From Segatella copri (lineage in GTDB: Bacteria > Bacteroidota > Bacteroidia > Bacteroidales > Bacteroidaceae), in contig JAJXBQ010000001.1 of NCBI GenBank assembly GCA_021640525.1, positions 1 through 41,573 of the forward strand: DNA of 41,573 nucleotides. The letters run 5' to 3'. Below the pieces are notes generated by a model, which was not told where the DNA came from, ran no database searches, and saw nothing but the letters and a program-made list of their open reading frames with translations. The position numbers and the translations under genes are program-made. Each line of letters starts with the position of its first letter. The stretch's first letter is position 1. This document shows positions 26,795 through 35,909 of the stretch, piece by piece.

Positions 26795-28860
26795 CCCATT
26801 CTGGAAGTATCCACGTCCTTGGTTCTCTTCTCCTTGTACTTGCCTATCTTATAGATGATGGAGATGGAGGCTGATGCCCAATCTTGCTTGATGTTCATGT
26901 GATAGTCTTGATTGCCTTGTACTGATTTTGTAGAGAATCCCTCGTTGAAGATGTTGCTGCCTTTAACCACAATGCTCCATTTATCATTATCGGAAGCCCA
27001 TCTCAACATAGCATTCAGGAGAAAGACTGATTTGATGTCATAGAGTCCTTGAATGGCTTTCGACTGATAGAATGGGTTTAGTATGAAATGGATGTGATGG
27101 CTTCGGCTAAGCTGGACGGATAGATTTCCGGCAAGAATGGCAGAGATATGTTTGCGATTGAAGGGCAAGTCAAAGAAATCGTTACTCTTGTCATGTCTGT
27201 AGATTCCTGTTGCCGAAACACTTCCGTTCATCCAATTGCCTATTCCGAAAGTCGTCGATGCTCTAATGCCCATAGTATGGTTATAGTCGAAATTGGTCTC
27301 CTTCATGATGACTGCCAGGTGGTCGGTAGTCTGATAAGGCAACTGTACTGAATAGTTGGGTTGGAACTCTGCAAATACCATCAATGTATGGCGACTTTTG
27401 ATCGTCCACATCAAGTTGGTTTCGTATGTAGAGTAAGGTTTGAGATGAGGATTTCCCCATATCTCCATATAGGTAGAGGCATAGTAAATGCTGCTCATAG
27501 TTGACCAATAGCTAGGAAACTGTGAGCTGGAACTGAAGGATAAGTTGAGTATGTTGCCAGGATTGGCTTTCCACGATGCATTAAGTGTGGGATAAATATG
27601 CCATTTGTTCCATTGTGGAGAATGGTACTGCTCTGCTTCGACAGAGGCTTCCAAGCTGATTCGCTCGTTTAGCTGTTTGCTTATGCCGCCATAGAAACTC
27701 AGGATTCTTTCTTCGATATTCACCTGGCTGGTTGCATCTGGAATGTCTGCTCCATCCTTGTTGGTCGTGGCTTGGTAGCTTCTGTTGTTGCTGTTTTGGA
27801 ATTTCATACCATACGACAGTTCCCAACCCTTCTTCAATGAGTGGGATTGATCGGCGGTGAAAAGCCATTTGTCTATTACCTGCTTGCTGTTTGTGTATAG
27901 AATACGTTCTTCGTCAAGCATCATTCCTTCCAAATATTGCTGGCTGGGATTTTGGTAGTTGAGATAGGATATTCCTATTTGTAGTCCAAAGGGCAGGTTG
28001 TAGTTGGCATCTACATTGTGCAGGTAGGTATGTTCATTGCCCTGTTGCTGGGAGGTGCCTGTTCCCATCGTTTCATGATGAGGATGACTACTGTCCCATT
28101 TTCCTGTATATGCCAGGGATAGCTGGTGGTTATCAGCAAATGCATAACTCAGTCCCAAGCGATAGTTGTGAGTCAATCCAGGGGTCTTCTGTGAGGTCTT
28201 GTCATGATACGCTACTCGTTTCCCTTGAAGCGGATGATTGGCATTGGTAGTAGTCTCACCGTATGATGTTCCATCTGTAAATGAATACATGGCATCCAGT
28301 CCGAATTTTCCTTTTTGGAACAGCAGGTTGGCTTTGCCTTCCCCTTCTCCGTATTTGCTTTGGCTCCAGATGCTTTGTATTTGTCCTGAAAGCAGGTTCT
28401 TTCCTACATAGTCTTTGGTAATCAGGTTGATGACCATTCCACGAACATGTAAGCGTGCTGGCGCTGTCAGCATCACTTCGGCTTTGGCTAATTGTGATGC
28501 GGGCATGGCTTTTAATCGCTCTGCCAGTTGTGCGTAATTGAGCGTGGTTGGTTTGCCGTTGATGATGAGAGTCAGTTCCTTTCCTGCATAATTAATGTTG
28601 CCGTTTAGTTCGTTTATTCCTGGTATTCGGGTAAGGGCATCATAAGCGTTGTCTGCCGGCATTTTCTCTATGAGCAGTGGCATGTTGTAAACCAACTGTC
28701 CTCTTTCTGCCTTGACGATAGGACGTGTCGCCTTGACGAAAACCTCTGGCAGGTTTTGCATCATCATCTGGGCGGTAAGCGTGTCTTTTGCCTCTTCGTT
28801 TTGAGCGCAAAGGGGCTGGCTCAGCAATAATGCTGAACCTAAGATGAAAATTATTTTCAT
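26785..28860 (-). CDS. Outer-membrane beta-barrel protein, TonB-receptor-like (OMP_b-brl_3-like)
   Basis: Signal peptide, LPEVFVKA, ALTRIPG, INGK plug; GNPHLKP; C-terminal IIYKIG...SRMG. Confidence 0.8.
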   Translation of the reverse strand: MKIIFILGSALLLSQPLCAQNEEAKDTLTAQMMMQNLPEVFVKATRPIVKAERGQLVYNMPLLIEKMPADNAYDALTRIPGINELNGNINYAGKELTLIINGKPTTLNYAQLAERLKAMPASQLAKAEVMLTAPARLHVRGMVINLITKDYVGKNLLSGQIQSIWSQSKYGEGEGKANLLFQKGKFGLDAMYSFTDGTSYGETTTNANHPLQGKRVAYHDKTSQKTPGLTHNYRLGLSYAFADNHQLSLAYTGKWDSSHPHHETMGTGTSQQQGNEHTYLHNVDANYNLPFGLQIGISYLNYQNPSQQYLEGMMLDEERILYTNSKQVIDKWLFTADQSHSLKKGWELSYGMKFQNSNNRSYQATTNKDGADIPDATSQVNIEERILSFYGGISKQLNERISLEASVEAEQYHSPQWNKWHIYPTLNASWKANPGNILNLSFSSSSQFPSYWSTMSSIYYASTYMEIWGNPHLKPYSTYETNLMWTIKSRHTLMVFAEFQPNYSVQLPYQTTDHLAVIMKETNFDYNHTMGIRASTTFGIGNWMNGSVSATGIYRHDKSNDFFDLPFNRKHISAILAGNLSVQLSRSHHIHFILNPFYQSKAIQGLYDIKSVFLLNAMLRWASDNDKWSIVVKGSNIFNEGFSTKSVQGNQDYHMNIKQDWASASISIIYKIGKYKEKRTKDVDTSRMGVN

Positions 28861-28881
28861 GTATTTATGTGAGTTTGATGG

Positions 28882-29940
28882 TTATTGCTTGAGTTGCTCT
28901 TTGGCTTTAGATATGAGTTGTGCTGCCTCTTTTTTATCTTCCAGTCTGTTTGCATTTGCTAAGAACATCTGGAGATACAGTTTCGCTTTCAGTTTGTTCT
29001 TGGAAGCGATGAACATTTGGGCGGCATTGTAATAGTTGAGAGGATTATCTTCCTCATCGTATAGGGTGCATAACTCAAAGTCACGTGCAGCGTCTGCATA
29101 TCGGTTGTGTTGAAAATGTAAGTCGGCTAACCATTTATAGGTTCGCAATGCTCTGCCTTTGGGTAGGGAGACTTCTAGCGACTGATTGAAATGAGCCATG
29201 GATAGCGAATCCATGTTGAAGGCTTTCTCTACCAAAGCCAAGTGGAAAAGACAAGTGGCATTGTCGCTCTTGAATTGAACGGCTTTCTGGTAATGCTTCA
29301 GTGCCTTCTCATTGTCCGGCTGGTCCTCATAACAGAGACCAAGGATGAAGTTGGATTCAAAATTGTCAAAGCCTTGCACTATCAGTTTCTCATACAAGGG
29401 TATAGCCTCATCGTATTTGAATTGCATGAATAGGGAATAAGCATATTCCTTGTTGATATACAAGTTCGTGGAATCACATTTGTAGATGTAATTCTTTGCC
29501 ACTTCCTCGGCTCTGCCAGGTTGGTTTGCTCCATTGTAATGAGAGGCAAGCGAAGCAATAATCTCGCTGTCGTATGGAAATGAAGAGGCTATGCGCTCGC
29601 CCCAAAGAGAAACCTTGTCATTGTTGTTCTGATTGAGATACGCATAATAGTACATTCGCATGTCTTCGTGTTTGATGCTATCTGATGGAATCTTGTCAAG
29701 GCAAGAAATGCAGGCGGTGTAGTTGCCTACTTTCCGATAGCAGGAAGCCAGTTTCCTGCGTGCTTCCAGGTGAGAAGGATTTGCTTCCAGATACATTTGA
29801 TAGTATTGGGTTGCATGAAACACATCATATCTACTCAAACAGCTATCTCCTTGTTGAAGTAGATTAGCTGTTGTCTCGTTGGCCTTGGCATTCATTGCCA
29901 TACATAGGCACAATATAAGGATCAATCTAAACTGTTTCAT
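28882..29940 (-). CDS. Secreted TPR-repeat protein
   Basis: Signal peptide; repeated TPR helices (LASCYRKVGNY, LGLCYE, YYNAAQ). Confidence 0.8.
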   Translation of the reverse strand: MKQFRLILILCLCMAMNAKANETTANLLQQGDSCLSRYDVFHATQYYQMYLEANPSHLEARRKLASCYRKVGNYTACISCLDKIPSDSIKHEDMRMYYYAYLNQNNNDKVSLWGERIASSFPYDSEIIASLASHYNGANQPGRAEEVAKNYIYKCDSTNLYINKEYAYSLFMQFKYDEAIPLYEKLIVQGFDNFESNFILGLCYEDQPDNEKALKHYQKAVQFKSDNATCLFHLALVEKAFNMDSLSMAHFNQSLEVSLPKGRALRTYKWLADLHFQHNRYADAARDFELCTLYDEEDNPLNYYNAAQMFIASKNKLKAKLYLQMFLANANRLEDKKEAAQLISKAKEQLKQ

Positions 29941-29952
29941 TGTTTTTGCTGA

Positions 29953-30474
29953 TTATTTCTTTCTTACTTCGGGAGTGAAAACGACAGGCAAGGTAAACTC
30001 CATGTTTACTTCCTCGCCATCGGAGAGTCGGGCAGGCTTCCAATGGGGACTTTTCTTGAGAAGTTCAATCACAGTCTGCTCGTAGGCTTTTTCTTTGGGA
30101 GCTTCGAGAACTTTAAACAATCCCAATGTTCCATCCTTTTGAACGGTGAAGTTGATGACGACTCGCGCAGGCTTGTCTTCCAATCCTTTAGGATATTGGA
30201 TGTTTGTCATCACCCATCTCAAGAAATCGTTGATGTCGCCATTGCCGTTGAAGATTGGCATCTGACCACCTTCCGGTAAAACAGCTATTGTCTTTAATAC
30301 ATGAGGTTGTGATACGCTTTGCGGTTTGAACATAAGGACGATGGTTATACCTATTATTGCTATTACGCAAGCGGCAATCCCAAATACCTTTTTATATATA
30401 TGAGATTTTGTGTATCTTGTTTCCTGTGCTTTGCCCAGGAAATAAGTTTCTTCCTGATTGTTTTTTTCTTTCAT
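29953..30474 (-). CDS. TonB C-terminal domain protein, single TM anchor
   Basis: TM helix, then MPIFNG...NIQYP...VVINFTVQKDG...SPHWKPA...FTLPVVF. Confidence 0.85.
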   Translation of the reverse strand: MKEKNNQEETYFLGKAQETRYTKSHIYKKVFGIAACVIAIIGITIVLMFKPQSVSQPHVLKTIAVLPEGGQMPIFNGNGDINDFLRWVMTNIQYPKGLEDKPARVVINFTVQKDGTLGLFKVLEAPKEKAYEQTVIELLKKSPHWKPARLSDGEEVNMEFTLPVVFTPEVRKK

Positions 30475-30479
30475 ACCTT

Positions 30480-30848
30480 TTACGATTTTATGGAGTTGTC
30501 TAAAAGTGCTTTTAATTGTTTGAGTGGTTCCTTGCTGACGTGCAGGGTGAATTTCTCGCTAAACCGCTCGTTGTACAACACTAGTTCTGAAGTGTTGAGG
30601 TTGATGCTGAAAATGTGCTGACTATTAATAATGTAGTTTCTGCCAACACGAGCGAAGAAGTGTGCCGTTTGGGCAAGTTGCTCTACTATTTTCTTCTCAA
30701 AGGCCACAAGGTTGAACGAGAAGGTGTATTCATCGCCGTTGGTGAGTCGGAGATTGCAATAGCTTCCTTCCGAACAGACGTATGCTATCTGTTCGGAAGC
30801 CACTCTGAGCAAGAAGTTGGCATTTGATATGATGAGATATTCTTCCAT
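30480..30848 (-). CDS. Stand-alone LytTR DNA-binding-domain protein
   Basis: IAYVCSEGSYC, FARVGRNYIIN...I; 122 aa, no receiver domain. Confidence 0.85.
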   Translation of the reverse strand: MEEYLIISNANFLLRVASEQIAYVCSEGSYCNLRLTNGDEYTFSFNLVAFEKKIVEQLAQTAHFFARVGRNYIINSQHIFSINLNTSELVLYNERFSEKFTLHVSKEPLKQLKALLDNSIKS

Positions 30849-31108
30849 ACTGATAAGTTTGGTGCAAAGATAAGCAAAATATTTAAAAAGTATGGCTGGA
30901 TGTAGCGTGTTTTTTGTGAACCAATGGATTCGTTTTATAAAATACGTATTTAACCCATAAAATACGAGAAAAACAAGTTTTATTTCGGAATTTCATCTGT
31001 TTTTTATTCTTTTCTTCCCATTTTAGCGATTTTTTTCGTATATTCGCATTCGCAATCGGGAAACCGACAACGCAAAAAACTAAAAATGAATGCAAAAACA
31101 AATATCTT

Positions 31109-31389
31109 ATGGCAAAGATTATTGTAAGAAACCAAACGATAAAGACGCTAACCAAGGATGGTGTTGATTACATCTGCATTACCGATATAGCAAGGCAGAA
31201 GAATCCCATTGAGCCCAAAGATGTGGTAAAGAATTGGTTGCGTACCAAAAATACCTTAGAGTACTTGGGACTTTTGGAGCAGTTGAACAACCCTAATTTT
31301 AAGGGGGCGAATTCGACCCCCTTTTGAAAGAAGCGGGCTCAAATGTTTTTACGATGAGTCCGACTCGATGGGTGGAACTAACCCATGCT
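31109..31389 (+). pseudogene. KilA-N domain gene, frameshifted and truncated
   Basis: DYICITDIAR...VKNWLRTKNTLEYLG..EQLNNPNFKG. After the G5 run at 31303-07 the expected continuation EFDPLLKEAGSNVFTMSPTRWVELTHA is in another frame, then similarity stops. Confidence 0.85.
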
Positions 31390-31414
31390 GTAGTATTATT
31401 AAATTTTATCAACT

Positions 31415-32023
31415 ATGAATAGTAAGAATTTATACTTTACAATCTTCTCTTTAATCCTTTTAGGATTTATCTCTTCTTGTGCAGAGAATAGTAATAAGTG
31501 TAGTCCTTCTTATGCAAGCAACATAGAACAACTTAATGAAAAGTTATATGATTCTTATGCAAATGTTGCAGTAAGGAAAAACAACACAACATCTGATGAC
31601 ATAATAACACCAGAATATTTTGGAGGCTCATATGTCAAGGCAAATAAACTTATTGTCATGGTCAAAAATGGAAGTCCAAAAGGAATAGAAGATATAAAGA
31701 AAAGACTAGGCACGGATTCAAATGTGACATTTGTATCTTGTACTTATTCTCTTCAAGAATTAAAAGAATTAAACGCTAAATTGAAAGTATCTTTTGCCAA
31801 GAAAGCTGCATTGCGAGACGAAATTGGGGGGGTTGCTGTTGGTATCAGACCTATTCAAAATAGAATTGTCGTATATTTGAATAATGCTTCTAATAAAAAT
31901 ATCTCTAAATTCAAGAATGAAATTTGCAATTCAGATAAAATAATTTTTGATCAGTTGGAAATAGAGCCAATTGAAATACAAAAAGATACAGCAAAAGACG
32001 AAAAAGTAGAAAGTCCCTCATAA
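31415..32023 (+). CDS. AT-rich lipoprotein, possibly a C-terminally truncated protease pro-region-like protein
   Basis: Lipobox ISSC; PEYFGGSY...YSLQELKEL...NRIVVYL; the stop codon lies inside the first 33-bp-period repeat. Confidence 0.55.
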   Translation: MNSKNLYFTIFSLILLGFISSCAENSNKCSPSYASNIEQLNEKLYDSYANVAVRKNNTTSDDIITPEYFGGSYVKANKLIVMVKNGSPKGIEDIKKRLGTDSNVTFVSCTYSLQELKELNAKLKVSFAKKAALRDEIGGVAVGIRPIQNRIVVYLNNASNKNISKFKNEICNSDKIIFDQLEIEPIEIQKDTAKDEKVESPS

Positions 32024-32095
32024 AAGTGTATGGATAACTCGAAAAGTCCCTCATAAAAGTGTGTTAATCTTCTAAAAAGTCCCTCATAAAAATGT
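32010..32095. repeat. Three 20-bp direct repeats with exact 33-bp period
   Basis: AAAGTCCCTCATAAAAGTGT at 32010 and 32043; AAAGTCCCTCATAAAAATGT at 32076; 13-bp unlike spacers. Confidence 0.93.
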
Positions 32096-32208
32096 GATAG
32101 ATTTTGCCATTTCATTGTTTTTCAGTCTTTTGCAGCAAGAATACAATAATGATACCATGAGTATATGAAGGAGGTGATGTCGCATCGCAACCTTTTTGAT
32201 GGCTTTTC

Positions 32209-32316
32209 TGTCTAATAACTAGACAGCAGTGTCAAGTATTTAGACAGGTCGTTTTATGGACTTTGTTTCTATATATTCTGATAATCAATTATTTATGTTT
32301 TTGGCATAGCCGTTGC
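32209..32316 (+). promoter_or_regulatory. Sigma-54 promoter with two upstream palindromes and an IHF-like site
   Basis: TGTCTAATAACTAGACA 32209-25 and TGTCAAGTATTTAGACA 32230-46; AATCAATTATTTA 32283-95 fits WATCAANNNNTTR; TGGCATAGCCGTTGC 32302-16 is GG-N10-GC. Confidence 0.7.
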
Positions 32317-32369
32317 CTTGCTATTTTGCAACAAATAAGAATAGTAACAACATAAAGAATAATAAGACA

Positions 32370-34496
32370 ATGAAAAGACTTGCGTTAGTAGCATCCTTCT
32401 GTGGCATTACCATAACACAGATGATGGCACAGAACATCAACGGCGAACAGATTTCCGACACGACCCTATTTGATAAGTTCTCCAAAGAACTTGGCGAAGT
32501 GGTGGTGAAAGCTCATCTTCCTCAATATAAGAAGACCCACGAAGGACTGCTGACCAATGTGGCAGGAACCGTGCTTAGCAAGATAGGTACGGCTGAAGAT
32601 GTATTGAAGCATGTGCCGAGCATCGTGAAGAAGAAAGATGGATATGAGGTGGTCGGCAAGGGTACACCTATTATATATATCAACGGCAGGAAGATGCAAG
32701 ACATCAGTGAGTTGGATAACATCAAATCTTCCGACATCAAGAGTGTGGAAGTCATCCAGAATCCTGGAGCTACCTACGATGCTTCGGTAAATGCGGTAAT
32801 CAAAATCAAGACCATCAAGAAGAAAGGCGAAGGCTTCGGCTTTGATACTCGCTCTGTGTATTGGTACAATAAGCACGACAATACCATCCAACAGGTTAAC
32901 ATGAACTATCGTCATAATGGACTGAATCTCTTTGCCACTTATAAGTTCTCTGATGCAACATGGATGCAAAAGGCCACCTACGATCAGACTGTACATGTCG
33001 ATACGCTTTGGCAACAGCATAACAACAACGAAGTAACAGGTCGCATAGAATCGCACCGTCTTATCAGTGGTTTTAGCTATGATTTCAATGCCAATCATTC
33101 CATTGGTGCGAGATACACCTTGACCTCGCCAGGCTATTCTCGCTCAAAAGATTTTTTCGATAGTCAGGTGACTGCCGACGGTAAATTTTACGACTATATC
33201 AAAACCGATGGTCTGACGGTTGACAAGGACAATCCTAGCCATCAATTGAATGCCTACTACAACGGCACATTGGGCAAGACCACTATTGATCTGAATACCG
33301 ACCTCTATTTCAGTACAAACAGGGCTTATGCCTATAGCGATGAACAGAGCCAGGAGCACGATTCTCGTAACGTCAACTCCAAGAATCGTGTGAGCAATAA
33401 GATGGTAGCCACCAAACTCGTAATTACCTCTCCTCTCTTAGGAGGTAATCTCTCCTATGGAGCTGAGTATATCCATACCCGTCGCAACGATGACTACGAA
33501 GTGAATCGCACCGACCTCCTCGCCAACTCTTATAGCAAGTTGGAGGAGCAGACGGCAAGTCCATTTATCCAATACGCGCGTCTCACCCCGATAGGAAACA
33601 TCACGGCGGGATTGCGATACGAGTATGTAAGATTCAAGTATTATGATGCAGGCATCTATCAGCCCGAGCAGAGTCGCTCCTTCCGCAACCTCTTTCCTAC
33701 CATCAGCTATGGTGCGAAGATAGGTAAGGTAATGGCACAGTTGAGCTATTCGGTAAAGACCTCTCGTCCTTCATACAGTCAACTGAGCAATAATGTATCT
33801 TATATGAATCGATTTACTCGCCAAACAGGTAATCCTTATCTCGACAACGAAACCAATCACAGAGTGGAATTATCGGGTGTATGGAAGTTCATCCAGTTTA
33901 TGGTCAATTACAAGGACTCTCGCAATGCCATCATCTATTGGGCGGAGCAAATACCTGGGAACGAAGCTATTACCATGATAAGTCGTAAGAACGTGAAGAG
34001 TCTCAAGAGCATGACTGCCTTCATTAGTGCCGCTCCAAAGATAGGCATTTGGGCGCCGCAAATCAACTTGGGCATGCAGAAGCCCTGGCTCACCCTCCAT
34101 ACTGATGTGGCATCTTATCGCTTGAATCGTCCTATTTTCATGGGCAACTTCAACAATGCCTTCTCCTTGTCATGCGGCATCACCCTTAACGTGGATTATC
34201 GCTATCAGAGCAAGGGTAACACGATGAATGTATATCTTGCCAAAGAGCAGCATGTACTGGATGTCAGCATCAGTAAGTCATTCCTAAAGGATGCCCTTAC
34301 CTTGGAAATAAAAGGCAACGACCTGCTTTATAAATGTTGGGATGCCGACCTGCTCTATAACCAGAAGATGGAACTCTTGCAAGTATCTAAGCGGGGTACG
34401 AGAGACCTGCAACTCACCCTTCGCTATAAGTTCAATACCACACGCAGCAAGTACAAGGGAACTGGTGCCGGTAATGCAGAGCTGAATCGACTATAA
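32370..34496 (+). CDS. Outer-membrane beta-barrel protein, TonB-receptor-like (start re-called at ATG 32370)
   Basis: MKRLALVASF signal, LGEVVVKA, IYINGR, IKSVEVIQNPGATYDA, GNPYL, RYKFNTTRSKYKGTGAG..E.NRL. Confidence 0.85.
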   Translation: MKRLALVASFCGITITQMMAQNINGEQISDTTLFDKFSKELGEVVVKAHLPQYKKTHEGLLTNVAGTVLSKIGTAEDVLKHVPSIVKKKDGYEVVGKGTPIIYINGRKMQDISELDNIKSSDIKSVEVIQNPGATYDASVNAVIKIKTIKKKGEGFGFDTRSVYWYNKHDNTIQQVNMNYRHNGLNLFATYKFSDATWMQKATYDQTVHVDTLWQQHNNNEVTGRIESHRLISGFSYDFNANHSIGARYTLTSPGYSRSKDFFDSQVTADGKFYDYIKTDGLTVDKDNPSHQLNAYYNGTLGKTTIDLNTDLYFSTNRAYAYSDEQSQEHDSRNVNSKNRVSNKMVATKLVITSPLLGGNLSYGAEYIHTRRNDDYEVNRTDLLANSYSKLEEQTASPFIQYARLTPIGNITAGLRYEYVRFKYYDAGIYQPEQSRSFRNLFPTISYGAKIGKVMAQLSYSVKTSRPSYSQLSNNVSYMNRFTRQTGNPYLDNETNHRVELSGVWKFIQFMVNYKDSRNAIIYWAEQIPGNEAITMISRKNVKSLKSMTAFISAAPKIGIWAPQINLGMQKPWLTLHTDVASYRLNRPIFMGNFNNAFSLSCGITLNVDYRYQSKGNTMNVYLAKEQHVLDVSISKSFLKDALTLEIKGNDLLYKCWDADLLYNQKMELLQVSKRGTRDLQLTLRYKFNTTRSKYKGTGAGNAELNRL

Positions 34497-34558
34497 ATAT
34501 CTTTTATTACTTTTATTCGAAAGTAGAGACATTTAAGATGTTTTCCTATAAGGGGAAC

Positions 34559-34591
34559 AAAAAAGCAGCAAACCGCAAAGGGCTTGCTGCT
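34559..34591 (-). terminator. Terminator after argD
   Basis: AAAAAAGCAGCAAACCGCAAAGGGCTTGCTGCT; U-tail on the minus strand. Confidence 0.75.
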
Positions 34592-34657
34592 CACGATAGG
34601 AGTGTTTCCTATTTCTTTTATGGGTTGAGTTTTCTTTATATCCTTATCTCAATGGGT

Positions 34658-35800
34658 TTATACTTCCTTCAATACAGTTTCCAGTCTTCCGATGAAGTCA
34701 TCCACATTTTCCTTGGTCAATACCAATGGAGGGAGGATACGGAGGATGTTGGTGCCGGCGCAACCGGTGAAGCAGTGCTGCTCGTGGATGAGCTTGCTGC
34801 GAACTTCCTTGTGAGGAATATCGAGTACGGCGCCTACCATCAAGCCACGGCCACGAACCTCTGTGATGTGGCTGTTACGCTTCTGCAACTCCTTCAGCTG
34901 GGCGATGAGATATTCACCAACCTCATGCGCATTCTGTACCAGGTTCTCCTTCTCGAATACATCAAGAACGGCGAGAGCTGCTGTACATGCCAGGTGGTTG
35001 CCACCGAAAGTAGTACCCAGCTGACCATATACAGGAGTAAACTCTGGAGAAATCAACACGCCACCCATAGGGAAACCATTGCCGATACCCTTGGCTACGG
35101 TGATGAGATCAGGCTTGATGCCCAACCACTGGTGAGCGAAGAACTTACCGCTTCTGCCATAACCGCACTGGATTTCATCGCAAATCAGGATGGTGCCGTA
35201 TTTCTTGCAGGCTGCCTGCAATCCCTGAGCAAACTCAGGAGTTACCATGTTGCAACCACCTACGCCCTGGATGGCCTCGATGATACAAGCACATACATCG
35301 CCCTTGGCAAGTTCCTTCTCCCAAGCCTCCAAATCGTTGATAGGAAGATAGGTTACGTGACCATTATCATTGATAGGAGCGATGATCTTAGGATTATTTG
35401 TTACCTCTACGGCAAGGGATGTTCTGCCGTGGAAAGCCTTTTCTAAAGAGAGCACGCGGGTTCTGCCGTTGGTGAAGGAAGCCAGCTTCAAGGCATTCTC
35501 GTTTGCTTCGGCACCCGAGTTGATGAGGAAGAACTGATAATCTTCATAACCGCTTATCTTGCCCAGACGCTCAGCGAGTTTCACCTGCAACTTGTTGATG
35601 ACAGAGTTGGAATAGAAACCCAGGTTGTTCAACTGGTTGGTGAGCATCTCTACATAGTGAGGATGGCAATGACCGATGCTGATAACGGCATGACCGCCAT
35701 AAAGGTCGAGATATTCCTGACCCTTGTCGTCCCATACCTTGCAGCCCTTACCTTTTACAATATTAATATCGAAAAGAGGATATACGTCGTAAAGCTTCAT
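34658..35800 (-). CDS. argD: Acetyl/succinylornithine aminotransferase (start re-called at ATG 35800)
   Basis: YLDLYGGHAV, NSGAEANE, FHGRT, DEIQCGYGRSG, AKGIGNGFPMG, GTTFGGN. Confidence 0.93.
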   Translation of the reverse strand: MKLYDVYPLFDINIVKGKGCKVWDDKGQEYLDLYGGHAVISIGHCHPHYVEMLTNQLNNLGFYSNSVINKLQVKLAERLGKISGYEDYQFFLINSGAEANENALKLASFTNGRTRVLSLEKAFHGRTSLAVEVTNNPKIIAPINDNGHVTYLPINDLEAWEKELAKGDVCACIIEAIQGVGGCNMVTPEFAQGLQAACKKYGTILICDEIQCGYGRSGKFFAHQWLGIKPDLITVAKGIGNGFPMGGVLISPEFTPVYGQLGTTFGGNHLACTAALAVLDVFEKENLVQNAHEVGEYLIAQLKELQKRNSHITEVRGRGLMVGAVLDIPHKEVRSKLIHEQHCFTGCAGTNILRILPPLVLTKENVDDFIGRLETVLKEV

Positions 35801-35909
35801 GTTAAATCTATGTTTTAAGAAAGACAACTCATAGAGTTATCTTATTACAAACTATTTTTTATGATAGAAGAACGAATGATTTTTCATCCGTTCTTCCGAA
35901 TTCTTTTAT

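Noticed and set aside
32010..32095. Possible mini-CRISPR array
   Set aside because: Repeats of 20 bp and spacers of 13 bp are too short, the repeat is not palindromic, and no cas genes are in the window.
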